In this document: in pieces, positions 10,079 through 21,810 of the stretch
Layout of the letters: every line of letters starts with the position of its first letter
Position numbering within the stretch: the first letter of the stretch is position 1
NCBI GenBank assembly: GCA_964019335.1
Contig: OZ025679.1
Coordinates: forward strand, 186,001 to 250,000
Source of the DNA: Diplonema japonicum
Taxonomy: Eukaryota > Protista > Euglenozoa: Diplonemea
Direction of reading: 5' to 3'
Length of the DNA stretch: 64,000 bases
The notes under the pieces: model-generated
What the model saw: only the letters and a program-made list of their open reading frames with translations
Database searches by the model: none
What the model was told of the DNA's origin: nothing
Translations under genes and position numbers: made by a program

Positions 10079-10125
<47 letters not shown>

Positions 10126-11639
10126 GGCGACCTGAAAGTGTGATGAAACCTTCTTTTTTTGCACTTTTCTTCGTGGCCTATATACACACTCTACTATGCG
10201 TCCCGTGTTCCAGTCAACAAAAAAAAAAAAAAGGAAGATCATGCTGCACTCCCTTCAGTGTTGAGCACACCAGGCCTTTTTGTTTTCCAGAAAAGAGAAG
10301 GGGGAGGTGTCCAGATCCCTTCCCCCCCCCCCCCCCCCCCTTCTGACTTCCTCTGATTAAGGCCTCTTGGGTTCTATTGATTTTTTTTTTTTTTTACTCT
10401 GCTAAGGCTTCCCCCCTTGTGCTTTGGGAGGGGAGGGGTGGGCTAGTGACGCTGAGGGAACAGCAACAACAAACATGAGAAATAGATAAGGTAAGGTAAA
10501 AAATATACACTTCCGGGAAGGGGGGGGGGGGGGGGGGTGAACATATATTTTTTTTAATTTATTATGCAAACTAGTTTTGGAAAGTTAAACACAGTCATTG
10601 ACAAGCCTGCAGTGCGTGGCACAACAGCCTCCTACAGGCTTTTCTACCCCGCTGCTTTGGAAGGTCTTTTCGGCTTGATTTTTGAAACACTTTGTCACTT
10701 CTACAAAATTCTACAGGGGTTTTCTTTTTCCCTCTGCATACCCGTGCAGACAAGCCTGACCGGTTTTCTTTATTGCTCCCTTTTTTTAGCCGGTTTTTTC
10801 TTCTTTTTTTTTCCCCCCCAATCTTTTCTTTTTTCTTTTTCTTTTTTTTTTTTTTTTTTTTGCTCGAGTGTGTGAAAGAGAAAAAGAAAATGAGAGGGGG
10901 GGGGGGAAATGAAATCCCCTTTTTTCCCCCCCAATCTTTTCTTTTTTTTAATAACAACAAAATATGAGGCATAAGTTTTTTTTTTTAAACTTTAAATTTC
11001 TTTTTGTTTGTTAAAATAATGGCTCAATTTTGAAGAAGTAAAGTTTTTATCCCAGCTTTCCAGTCATTATAGTCACTAACTGCTCATGACTACTGTCAAG
11101 CCTACTCGCATCCGACCAATAATTCTGATTGTCCCTATAGCAATGAGCCCACAGTTCCCTAGGCCCCTTTAATTATGGGCAAAGCATGCAAGTTGAGGCA
11201 CCAAGCGAGTGATCAAAATGACGAGAGCGGAATAGAACTGAAATAAAACAAAACAACCCTCTTCCAAACTAGACATTCCTTCATTTTTCATTTTTCTTTT
11301 TTTCCCCTCTTTTTTTATTTATTTTTTTTCTATTCTTTTCTTTTTAAATAACCCATTGCCTCCTCCTCCTCCCTGACATAATTCCCCCCCCCCCCCTTTT
11401 TTCCCTTTCTTATTTCTACTGTGTATCGAGGGGGGGGGGGGGGGATTGTGAAAAACCAGGAGGGACGGTAGAAAACTATTTTGAAAAAAAAAGAGAGGAG
11501 GCATCAAAAAAAAAAAGAAGGAGCTCCCCTCTTTTTTTTCTCCTTCGTGTAGGTTAGCATCAGTTTCTTCATTCATTTATCCCCCCCTTTTTTTAATCCT
11601 GCAAAAAAAAAAAAAAAAAAAGAGAGAATACAAATAATA

Positions 11640-14018
11640 ATGGCAATTCCATTACCAGTTCTGCATGAGAAGATAAAGGCGATCCCGGAAGAACCGGAGC
11701 CAGAGAAGAAGGAGTGGGAAAAGAAGATGAGAAGAATGCGGCTTTTAGGAGAAGGTGGGATGGGAGAAGAAGAGAGCGAGGAGGAAGAGCACAACATACC
11801 GCAAACCGACGCAGGCAAGAACGAGCAATTATCGCTAGCAGAGAAGGTGGAAAACGAAAAAAAAAGGCTCGTAGGGCTATGGAACGAGTCACAGAAAAGT
11901 ATCGAATGCATGACGCAAGCACTTGAGTCCTTTGTGGCTGACGGGAGATACCGACCAAGCGACACCACCGAGAGCACAGGACGAAAGTACGACGCCCCTG
12001 CATGGCGGCTTGTCCCAGATACTCTCAAGGAAATCAAAGTCAGAACGTTGGACTGGTACGAGGAGACTTCCGGCAGCCCGCACCCCACCACATATGGCAT
12101 TCCCGAGATAACCCAAGCCTACCCCACAGGGCTTTTCTGCACTTTCCGTAGTGTGTGCAATGCACCTGTCGCTCGGGGCTTGACACCATCAGACTTCTGT
12201 ACACACACCCCCGTAGGGATCACAGGTGGTGTCTCCGAAGGCCGCTTCACCTTATGGATCGAAGAGGCCGACGAGGAGAAGCACCTCCTGGTGCACGACG
12301 ACCAGGCGCAGACAGGTGCTGTAGAGAAGCTCCTCATATGGCGGCACACCCCTCGGGAGGTCGAGATGCCTGCGGGGCGAGGTTTCGGCGGCGGCGAGAT
12401 ATCCCTGTGCGACTACCCACCACACGAGCTGTGCGTCTCAACGGGCAGCGAGCTGCGTCCTATCAAAATCGATGCCGATGGCCTCAAGGTCCGCTACAGC
12501 ATCCCAGAGGGCGTCGCCAGGAACATCCTTGAGGTCGCCTACTGCGGCACGCAAGGCATCGGTGTCGAGGTCCTCCGTTCCGAAGCAGGCCAGATTACGA
12601 CTTCCCTCGTCACGTGCAAGACAGGCGTGGGGACAGCAGACGGCGAGTGGGTGACAAACCACGTCAGCGGCGAAGGCATCTTCGCAGAGCCGTGTTGGAA
12701 CTTCACCGGCGAGGAAGTAGCATGGCTGCAGGGGGAAGGCAGGGGGCCGCTCATGGATGGGTGCGTGCTGTACACGGCGAAGTACTCCTGCTTGACGGGG
12801 ATGCTGAGCGAGGCAGTGAGGGTGGACGGGAGCGCCTCCTCGCGGGTGGTGTCGCCATGTTTCCTGCAGAACGGGACGCTGGTGTACCTCTGCGACCAGG
12901 GGTGCGACGACTTCCGTCTGTACAAATACAGGCACGGCCAAGGGACACAGGCCGTCCTCAACGTGGGGTATGTAAGAGCGAAGCGCGAGGCGGGGTGGCG
13001 GCGGTTGGTGCCCATGAAAAACGACGCATGGGACACAGTTGCAGTGGTGTGCTCGCGGGGCAATATGGACGCGATAGCCATGGTGGCAGGCGACGGGGAC
13101 ATCAGGGTGCTAGATGTCACAGCCTGCGTCGGCTTGTCGCGCATCTGGTCCATCCAAGCACTAGACGAGACACGCCTCCTCTTGGCCGCAAGCGGTGATG
13201 CGCAACCCGAGTCCGTTCTGATCCTCAACACCAGCTTCTCAAGCTTGCGGAGGCTCTCACATGCCGGAACCCCTGCGGGGACAGGCCTTGCATACCCCCA
13301 TGCCGCCTTCAAAACTACGATAAAGGAACACTGTTACCTATACATGAATAAAGGATCGTCAGGGGAGAGGGTCCCGCTGATCGTCTGGGCACACAGCGGG
13401 TGGGGAGAGGATTGGTACCCCGACGCCAACCACCCAGAGACGCACATCCTGGCCTCGCACGGGTTTGCGGTGCTACATGTGGTGCTGAGCGGGGCAGTGG
13501 GGCACGGGAGACAGAGGAGGAGGGAAGGGTTGGGGAAGTGGCTTTCCAAGGGTGCAATAGACTTGGTGGAGAGTGTACATGAGTGTGGGAAGGTCGTGGA
13601 TGTGGATTACCACAATGTAGTTGTGAAGGGGTGCTCCATTGATGCGATGGTGGCCCTTCGTGCCACCTACACAAAGGGGTCGCTCTTCACATCTGCCTTG
13701 GTGTCGGGTGGGATACCAGACCTGCACAAGTGGACGGAGTCAGGCACCATCTTGGAGACAGGCCTCCCCAGCACACTGTACCCAGTCTCTGAGGGCCTTT
13801 GCTTCGCATCGCTCCGTGTCCCTGTCTTCCTCTCTCACTCCCTTGCCGATCCGGTCTCCCCTCACGTCTCGACTTCAGAATTCGTTACTAAGCTCAATTC
13901 CCTTGCTACATACCACGGGCCTGCAACCCTTCACACGGTGAAGAGCGCACTGCACCCACCCCACTGGAGGTCCACAGTCGAACGGGAACTGGTTTTCTTG
14001 AAAGAATCTTTAACGTGA
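11640..14018 (+). CDS. Divergent S9 (acylaminoacyl/dipeptidyl peptidase-like) beta-propeller + alpha/beta-hydrolase protein
   Basis: C-terminal PLIVWAHSG, LASHGFAVL, GAVGHGR, KGCSIDA (nucleophile elbow), PVFLSHSLADPV and LHP match the S9 catalytic-domain layout. Confidence 0.7.
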   Translation: MAIPLPVLHEKIKAIPEEPEPEKKEWEKKMRRMRLLGEGGMGEEESEEEEHNIPQTDAGKNEQLSLAEKVENEKKRLVGLWNESQKSIECMTQALESFVADGRYRPSDTTESTGRKYDAPAWRLVPDTLKEIKVRTLDWYEETSGSPHPTTYGIPEITQAYPTGLFCTFRSVCNAPVARGLTPSDFCTHTPVGITGGVSEGRFTLWIEEADEEKHLLVHDDQAQTGAVEKLLIWRHTPREVEMPAGRGFGGGEISLCDYPPHELCVSTGSELRPIKIDADGLKVRYSIPEGVARNILEVAYCGTQGIGVEVLRSEAGQITTSLVTCKTGVGTADGEWVTNHVSGEGIFAEPCWNFTGEEVAWLQGEGRGPLMDGCVLYTAKYSCLTGMLSEAVRVDGSASSRVVSPCFLQNGTLVYLCDQGCDDFRLYKYRHGQGTQAVLNVGYVRAKREAGWRRLVPMKNDAWDTVAVVCSRGNMDAIAMVAGDGDIRVLDVTACVGLSRIWSIQALDETRLLLAASGDAQPESVLILNTSFSSLRRLSHAGTPAGTGLAYPHAAFKTTIKEHCYLYMNKGSSGERVPLIVWAHSGWGEDWYPDANHPETHILASHGFAVLHVVLSGAVGHGRQRRREGLGKWLSKGAIDLVESVHECGKVVDVDYHNVVVKGCSIDAMVALRATYTKGSLFTSALVSGGIPDLHKWTESGTILETGLPSTLYPVSEGLCFASLRVPVFLSHSLADPVSPHVSTSEFVTKLNSLATYHGPATLHTVKSALHPPHWRSTVERELVFLKESLT

Positions 14019-14225
14019 GGCCCCGCCCCTTAAAGTTGGGTGTGATGGATAAGGACCCTAATGCTGGCGGGCCGTTGGTTTGCAGGCGGGCAAACATCAG
14101 TGCGCTTTACGAGGTTTGAACATGTTTCTTGACCCAAGGTTGCGTGTTAAATATATTTACACCCCCCCCCCCCCCTTTCTTTTGCTCTTTGCCCCCGAAT
14201 GGGGAGTTCAAATATTTTTTTTTAA

Positions 14226-15771
14226 CCATTAAACCCACATGTCATATATATATGACATAAAAAAAAAAAAGAAAAAATCTATAGGCCTTTTGGTCAAATT
14301 ATGACCTTTCTTTCACTTTTCTGACGCCATTGCGCGATTTTTTCCACTTTGTTTGGCTAAATGCTGCCCTTTTTCAGCATTATTTTAAGAATTTGAGAGG
14401 TCGAAAATCCGGGGGAAAATGATTTGAGAATGAAGAATACTCGACTGGAGCAGAGGGCTGGTCGTGAGTGATGAAGAATGCTAAGAAATGTCAGAAAATG
14501 GTAGTTCTGAGTCTAGTAGTACTTGGGGGGAGGAAAGTGTGGAAGAATTGGAGGAAATGGGGTGGAAAGAGGCACTGTAATCGAACCAGCAGACGACCCA
14601 ACAGGGAAGAGCCCTCTCCAGCTTTTTTATTCGTTTTTTACACCATACACCCTCCGATGCCTGACAGCATCACAAACAACCACCTGGAGCGCCGCAAAAT
14701 CGACAAAAGAGTCACGGAAGCCGAAATCCGAGCGTTTCTGAGCCTATGGGTGTTAATGGACCTCACCATCCGTCCCAACTTCCGTGATGGGGTGTAGATG
14801 GGAACGCTGCCACCCAACGCAACACAAAGTAGTCCAAAGCCGCCGGTGGCAGATGAAAATATTAAGGTTCCTGCTTGACAAAAGCCTCTTCAGCTGCTGG
14901 GTACTTGCGAAGAGCGTCAATTCCCCCATCAAGTTCAATGAACTGGAAGAATGCATCGCACACGGCCTCTGTAAATGCATGGGCAAAGAACCTGCACCAT
15001 CGAGACCACAAGACTCGAAGGATGTAAGGTTTGACCGCATCAAAGAGCATTTTCTTGCAAAAATTAGCATAATAAATAGGTGCGTAGTCCATCATTGCAT
15101 GGGTCCCAGAAGGTCCTCTGGCTATGAATGTTCCACTGTGGCAAGTGCCTCTATTCCACACCTTGCTTTTGGCTTTACCACCTGAACGAAGACATCACCG
15201 AGGATGATCTTCAGGAGCCCGAAACACCGACAAGTACCAGAAACTCACTGATGGACCCCCGGACCCCCTCCACTGGCCAGAGAGGTGTGAAACGCAAGCT
15301 AAATCTGGGCTAGAATAGTGTTACAAGGGGTTTTTAATGAGCAGCTGCTCCACCGCTTCCCACGCTGTCCTCACAGCTCCCTCTCCTGCTGGAGGCGACG
15401 ACAGGGCCTTCGCAGCCTGCACACCAGATCCTGCTGTCGTTGTCATGGTCTTGTTTTCTTTGTAAATACTTTGTGTTAGCCTGTGTGGGTCTTCATCAAT
15501 ACTTTTCAGAAATTTCTTCACTCCAGAAGTTTATTATTATTTATTTTGCACTTTTTTCTATTTTTCTTCCCCCCCTTACCAAAAAGGGTGTTGGGTCAAA
15601 AATCATTAGTTCAAAAGCCAGTTCAGGGGAACCCTGATACCTGAATGTCTCCAGAGGTCATTTCTCCATAAAAAGAACACTTTGTATGGTTAAATGCTGC
15701 CATTTTTTTGAATTTTTTGGAATCGCCTCAAAAATGGGCTTTTTTCGGTTTTTTGCCTGTGGGCTTAATGG
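14226..15771 (+). mobile_element. Internally deleted piggyBac DNA transposon
   Basis: TTAA on both sides (14222-25, 15772-75); TIRs CCATTAAACCCACA / TGTGGGCTTAATGG (13/14 match); frameshifted transposase remnants (SPLQLFYSFF, EIRAFLSLWVLM, WQMKILRFLLD, Cys-rich tail). Confidence 0.88.
14560..15313 (+). pseudogene. piggyBac transposase pseudogene fragments
   Basis: PGBD-like N-terminal motifs in different frames join almost directly to C-terminal motifs (RCVVHHC...YEC/FHCGKCLYSTPCFWLYH). The catalytic DDD core is absent. Confidence 0.75.
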
Positions 15772-15952
15772 TTAAAAAAATAAGAGGGGAAAATAAAGGG
15801 AACAGAAGGAACATTTATTTATATAAAAAACCTCACCCCCTTTTTTTTTGCTTTCTTTTTTTGACAGGCTTACGCATGGAAGGGGGAAGAACAAAGAAGA
15901 GGGGGGAAAAAGGAGGGGGGGGAAAAACGGGGTGGAGCATTAATAGATAAAC

Positions 15953-16177
15953 ATGAACCTCGTAGGGGTGGTGGCGAAACCCGCGAGCAAAGGCACACGG
16001 GTATCTATGTGCGGGCAATGGCTGATCGATGAGGAGGGCCGGTGGGTGGAGAACAACAACAAGGGAAGGAACCCGTGCCGGACGATCAGCAGGAACAAGC
16101 AACAACAAGTAGCGAGGAAGGGAAAAAGTCGAAAACAACGAGAGGTGAAGGGCGTAATGCTGCCTATGATACTGTAA
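15953..16177 (+). CDS. Small basic hypothetical protein (74 aa)
   Basis: ATG-initiated ORF that fills a complex-sequence island between homopolymer tracts. Confidence 0.4.
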   Translation: MNLVGVVAKPASKGTRVSMCGQWLIDEEGRWVENNNKGRNPCRTISRNKQQQVARKGKSRKQREVKGVMLPMIL

Positions 16178-16300
16178 TTTCTTTTTTTTTTTTTTTTTTT
16201 TTTTTTTGCCGTTCTTCTGATCGGGTTTTCTAAATTTCTATATTTTCTTCTTTTTTTTTCTTCTGATATTTTAAATCTGTAACCTTACAGGGAAGGCATT

Positions 16301-17287
16301 ATGTCGGGGTCTGAGGGGGAGTCCAGGAAACCGGCTGACACGCCTTTCAAGCAACAGAAGCTTTGGGCGTGGCAGCCTATTCTAGCCCCGAGATGGGTCA
16401 TCAGCTGTTTTTTTTTCATCGCTGCAGCCTTCATCCCCATCGGGGCGCTGGTCATAGTTGCTTCAAACGATGTGCAAGAAATAGAAGTGAAGTATAGCAA
16501 CGAATTCCAAGACTGTCCATGGTCTAAGGGTGACGCGGCGTGCACGGACAACTGCACTGAGGTGAATTGTGGTGGAACAGAACAATGCGGGATGATAGGG
16601 AACCTGGGACCAAACTGCCCGAGGAAGTTCGACAACACACTCACGATGACAGGCGACATGCTCACGGGGATGGCGAACTGCGACCCGAAGTGCACCAAGA
16701 ATATAACGTTTGAGGTTTGCTGTTGAGGGAGGGAAAGAAAAAAAAAAAAAAAAAAAAAAAAAACCGACAGATTACGGAAACCATGGACCCCCCTATCTAC
16801 CTTTACTACAAACTAACTGACTTCTACCAGAACCACAGAAGGTACGCGAAGTCGAGGTCGGACATCCAGCTTGCGGGCGACTCTCCCGCCAGCGCTGATG
16901 TTGCTGACTGCAGTCCTTTGAAGCAGCCTGGTCTGGCCAACAATGACTGGTGCAAGGTAATGAGTTTTTTTTTTATTATAATTTATTTTTATTTTTAGAC
17001 TAACTTCGGTAAAGACTGTGGCAGTCTGGAGCTCATCACTTGCCCCGCGCAAGCGGCCACCCCTGCTGTGAACACCACAACGGCTACCTGTTTCAAGGAG
17101 GGCGGAAGGAGAATTTCAATGGGGTATATTAATACGAAAAAAAAAAAAAAAAAAAAAAAAATCCAGAGACCTTCTATACTCCCCCTGCGGGCTGGTGGCA
17201 TGGTCCACCTTCAACGACTCTTTCACATTTAGAGAAGGCGACGGCACGACAGCAGGCGAGATGATATGCAACGGAAGTATACACTAA

Positions 17288-17319
<32 letters not shown>

Positions 17320-17899
17320 AGCCCTGGAAGGCGACCAAACATTCTGCACCAAGAACGGCATAGCGTGGGACGCAGACAAGGACGAAAAGTTCAAAGAGCC
17401 GAAGATCGGCGACAACTTCTTCTCATACGACGGGTTCAGACGGGACATGGGGCCCTGCCTGACAGAGACCAACGTCGAGTGCAAAACGTGGGTTGGCTCC
17501 AATGCTACGTCCCTCCTCCCGTTTGTATACTACGGGTGGTACAACTGGGAGCCCTACCACAAGATCCCCCAGCCCACCGACGAGGACTTCATGGTGTGGA
17601 TGCGGACTGCGTCTCTGTCCACCTTCCGCAAGCTTTACCGGAAGATCACCAAACGCCTGGAGCCTGGGAAGTACACTATGATGGTCGACCATAGGTTCGA
17701 CGTCACATCCTTTTCGGGTGAGAAATATTTCGTTTTATCCACCCTGACCTGGGTAGGGGGCAAGAACTACTTCCTTGGCGCTACCTACGTGGCCATAGGG
17801 TGTCTCTGCGTTGTTCTTGCCATTACATTTACAATAAAACATATGTTTTTCCGTACCAATCGACAGGAAGCTATGGCGAACTACCAAAATCCCCGTTGA
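16301..17899 (+). CDS. CDC50: CDC50/LEM3 family P4-ATPase flippase beta subunit; exons 16301-16714, 16771-16956, 16999-17123, 17167-17276, 17322-17899
   Basis: FKQQKLWAWQPIL, YYKLTDFYQNHRRYAKSR, PCGLVAWSTFNDSF, EDFMVWMRTA, WVGGKNYFLG. Four GT-AG introns keep the frame. Confidence 0.93.
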
Positions 17900-18089
17900 G
17901 AGGTGAATAGAGCGGGGGGGGGGGGGGGGGGGGGGGGTACATCAGTGTTTTTTTTTAGGGAGAAAGATACACATGAGGTGGGGGGAGGAATTAATAGAAT
18001 AGAATCGAGAAGGAGTGAAAGAAGAAGAAAAAAAAAGGGGGGGGGAAGCACCTATCCTACAGTTAGTCTTTTTTTTTTCTTCCCCTTCA

Positions 18090-18132
<43 letters not shown>

Positions 18133-18546
18133 CCGGCGTTTATATTCGTTATATGTTTGATATGTTTAAGGCAGAGAGGGAGGGAAAAAAAAAGAGAAAA
18201 AGAAAGAAAGAAAGAAAGAAAGAAAAAGAAGCAGAAAAAAAAAAAGCCGTTTTGTGACCTGTAGTTATGAAAGGAGGGGGAAAGGGGGGGAGAAGACAAG
18301 AGAGATTTTTTTTTTCTTCTTCTTTTTTTTTTTTCAGAAGAAAAAAATATTCTCTTATCCCCACACCCCCTTCCCCGCCCCCCTGTGTATCTTTCATCTG
18401 TTTTCATATCCCTTTTGCCTTTTTTTTTTTTTTTTTCCCCGCTTCCTCAGCTTTTTCTCTTTTTTTGTTTTGTTTTTTTGTTTTTCTCATCCAAGAAACC
18501 AAGGTGGTGCAAAGAGGAGAGGGGAGGAGGGGGGGGGGTGGAAAAA

Positions 18547-19425
18547 ATGAGTTCAAATAATACAAACACCCCCGTGCCCGGTCAAATCACACTAGACGGG
18601 CCCGTGACGAGAGTAGAGGTTGGTGGAGAACCAAATGTCGGAGAAGGCAAGAAAAAAGACATGGAATTATTGGTATAAACCTCAGAAAAACAGAAAAAAA
18701 CAGAAAAAAAAAAAAAAAATCTTATAGGCATACTGTGTTGCGACTCTATGCGCCATCGACGTAGTCCTTTGCATGCGAATATTTCATGTGAGAACAATAT
18801 TTGGCTTGGTGTTCTCACTCTGTGGACTGTATGGTTCCGCCTCAAGGCGTAAGAGCTACGTTCTCATGGTATGATGACTAAAAAGAAAAAAAAGAAAAAA
18901 GAAATACTCCAGTACGTCATCCACACTTCTTTCACCCTTGTTCGTGGTGTCATCCACACGAGCACCATAATATTGACCCATTTATCAGTGATAAAAGGTA
19001 TCTTAGAAAAAAAAGAAAAATAATAATTTTCGTTTAAAAAAAAAAAAAAAAAGAAAAAGCGGAGCAGGAAGACCCATTCGCGGTGCAGCGCAGCTCTGCT
19101 TCCGTCACGTCGATTATGATCCTGGTGGCGTTGGAGGCTATAGAGCTGCTGATAGCAGCGATTGTTTATTTGTTTTACTCCTCTGTGCGAGGTATGGGAA
19201 ATGAAGGAGCTTTTTAAAAAAAAAAAAAAAGATGAAGATCACCTCCGGTCCGAAGACAGTGCAACTTGCACCGCAGCAAGCGAACCCGTGTCCACCGTCG
19301 ATAATGACACTGCTACTTCCGACACCCCTACTCCCATCATGGCCAAGCTAACTCCTCAACCTCCCCCATCAGGGTCACTCAGCGGGCTGCTCCGGAGACG
19401 GGGTAAAAAAGTTGGCAGGCGCTAA
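18547..19425 (+). CDS. Hypothetical multi-pass membrane protein (~225 aa); exons 18547-18672, 18728-18868, 18913-18997, 19060-19191, 19232-19425
   Basis: Four GTAT...poly(A)...AG introns give one stop-free frame with about 4 hydrophobic segments. The gene is not visible as a single ORF in the track. Confidence 0.78.
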
Positions 19426-19638
19426 AGGGGTTATGGGGAAAATAAAAAGGGTGGGGGGGGGGGGGGGGGGGACCTGATAGATTTTTCTTTTTATTCTAAA
19501 GGGTATTTTCTTTTTTACTGTTTTGATTCGTGGGGAGGTTTCCTTTTTTTTAAGTCTTTGCATTTCAACCAGAAAAAAAAGGGGGGGGGGGTGCAAAGAA
19601 AAGGAACCACCTCCAAGGCCTCAGGGAGCTGACATGCG

Positions 19639-20955
19639 ATGCACACCTACGAGACATGCGTCAACGTCCTTGCTTGCGAGTTCGTCTGCGAACACACTGG
19701 CGGTGCCGATCCTTCCGCCTTCCTCGCCGAGCTGAGCTACAACGTGCGCGAGGCCATCGAGGCTGCAAGGCACTCCGTGACTGCCAAACCCGGGCCCCCC
19801 AAAGGGGTTTTAAAATACAGCCCCTTAGAGCTGTCGTGCAACCCACCGAACCCCACCAAACCTGTGTACGTCCCGAAGAAGAAGCTGGCCCCACGGCGCA
19901 AGGGTCTCGGTGACAAGGAGACGGAACAGAAGCTAATAAACACGTTCGCAGAAGCATACCCTGCAGGGCACCTCACGATGCACAGCAAAGAGGTGCAAAC
20001 AGAGTTGTCCGACACACCTGCAGAGCCTGAGTGGAAGCCCCGAATGGCGGTAAAGGCGGTGCAAGCAACTCCAACCACCGCCAATGTACAGGTCCACACC
20101 AACATGGTGAAGAAGCCAACGAAGCGCACTACCGTGAAGCACATGGCGGTGCAGGCGGGGAAGGCCGTGCAGTACACGACGCACGCGACAAACACGATGA
20201 TGGCGGTGGTGGTGCCGAGCCAGCCGACATCGACAGCCGTAGAGACCCACGACAAGTCAGTGGGATATCGTGAAGAGATAACGGCGAACGGCACGCAAAC
20301 AGAAGCTCCTGCAAAGAACGTGAAGAACACGCAGACAGAGGAGACGCGTATGTGGCAGTTCAGACGCACCTACGTGCACGGTGAGCTGCTCGACCTGTTC
20401 CGTGAGGTGCTGGTGACAAGCGGGAAGTCACGCGAGGTAAGTGAAATGTTCGACAGAATGATGTGCCTGCAGCGCTCCTCTGCCGACGCTATGATGGCCT
20501 TGGTGGTGGGACGATTGCGGCTCAAACGTGTGTACGAGGCTGTGATCCAACTGCAGAGGATCAACGACTACCTGCCAGAGGTGAAGAAGATCAAGAACGA
20601 GGACGAGGACTCCGTCCCTGCGTCGTACCAGATGATGCTCGTGAAGGAGCAGCGCGGGTACCACGTCAGCGAGGTCAACCGTATCAAACTCAAGGCACTG
20701 AAGGAAATCTTCACCGTGCAGGCCGAACACATATCCAACCTACAGGCCCGCAAGGCCTGCAACACCGCAGAGCTCTCCATGATGCTCGCCTCCGCACGCT
20801 CGATGCTAGCTGACAGCACGCCCCTCCCCGCCATGCGATGCGTTAAGCGCACCACCGTGCGGCAGTGCCCGATGGCCATTTCCAGGTCAAGCAGAGCGGA
20901 CCAGCTGCTTCGGCACCTTGAAAGCCTTAAAACCGATGGTGGCGTTTCCACGTGA
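19639..20955 (+). CDS. Hypothetical protein with array of TQT-like motifs and helical C-terminus
   Basis: 438-aa ORF with GC3-rich codons; motifs KEVQTE, NGTQTE, KNTQTE and variants. Confidence 0.75.
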   Translation: MHTYETCVNVLACEFVCEHTGGADPSAFLAELSYNVREAIEAARHSVTAKPGPPKGVLKYSPLELSCNPPNPTKPVYVPKKKLAPRRKGLGDKETEQKLINTFAEAYPAGHLTMHSKEVQTELSDTPAEPEWKPRMAVKAVQATPTTANVQVHTNMVKKPTKRTTVKHMAVQAGKAVQYTTHATNTMMAVVVPSQPTSTAVETHDKSVGYREEITANGTQTEAPAKNVKNTQTEETRMWQFRRTYVHGELLDLFREVLVTSGKSREVSEMFDRMMCLQRSSADAMMALVVGRLRLKRVYEAVIQLQRINDYLPEVKKIKNEDEDSVPASYQMMLVKEQRGYHVSEVNRIKLKALKEIFTVQAEHISNLQARKACNTAELSMMLASARSMLADSTPLPAMRCVKRTTVRQCPMAISRSSRADQLLRHLESLKTDGGVST

Positions 20956-21018
20956 CCCAAGGGTTGAGAATGGGCTTTTTTTCTGTTTCATGTTTTCCCC
21001 CTCATCACACAACAGGGC

Positions 21019-21810
21019 ATGCCTGAGGGCCTCCCAAGGATGCTGTCGACGCCGTTGACCAACGGTGCTAGGAGCAGGCGGAGGGTGGCTGTGTACGGCG
21101 GTGCCTACGACCCGATTACAAATGCACACTTACAGTGCGCGGCGCAGATCATACACAGCAAGGCGGCGGACGAAGTGATCATAGTGCCCTGTGGGCCTCG
21201 ACCGGATAAGCCAGGGCTGCGGACGTCAGTCCTGGACAGGTACGTCATGTGTCAGATTGCTGTGAACACAGCCTTCTCACCAGGGTTCCCCGTGCAAGTG
21301 TCAGATGCAGAAGTCAACTGTGAAGTGGCACTGGCAACGTTCGACCTTCTATCGCACCTGCGGGATTCCATGGACGCCGACTTGGTCTTTGTCATCGGAA
21401 GCGACTGGCTGCAGCCGCAGATTGGGTCTGACATCCGCACCTGGAGGTCAAGTGAAGGTGCCACAGGACGACGATTGGTCGATGAGTTCAATTTCCTTGT
21501 CATCAAAAGACCTGGCTACGAGGTGGAGGATCTGTCCGTCTTTGGGCCCCGCTTTGAGTGGCTCAAGATGCCCGACGGCATGAACTACATCGACTCGAAC
21601 CTCTCGTCGACCGAGATCCGTTCCCGGGCAGCCAACTCTGCGGACGATCGTTTGCAGGTATGGGCAAGGGGGAGGGGAAGAAACGGAATAGGGGAAAAAA
21701 AAAAAAAATAGATAATCGATGGTCTTGTGCAGCCCGGTGTGCTCGCCTTCGTGAAGCGACGCTCGCTGTACAAACGCGATGAAAATTCTCCGAGAAACGC
21801 TGGAAAGTAA
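21019..21810 (+). CDS. Nicotinate/nicotinamide mononucleotide adenylyltransferase (NadD/NMNAT family); exons 21019-21657, 21712-21810
   Basis: VAVYGGAYDPITNAH ((T/H)xxH motif), FVIGSD, LSSTEIR. The spliced tail IIDGLVQPGVLAFVKRRSLY matches the family C-terminus. Confidence 0.88.

Noticed and set aside
7330-11600. Numerous 60-190-aa ORFs rich in poly-K/F/G/P, here and in other intergenic regions
   Set aside because: They are translations of homopolymer tracts with no coding-like composition.
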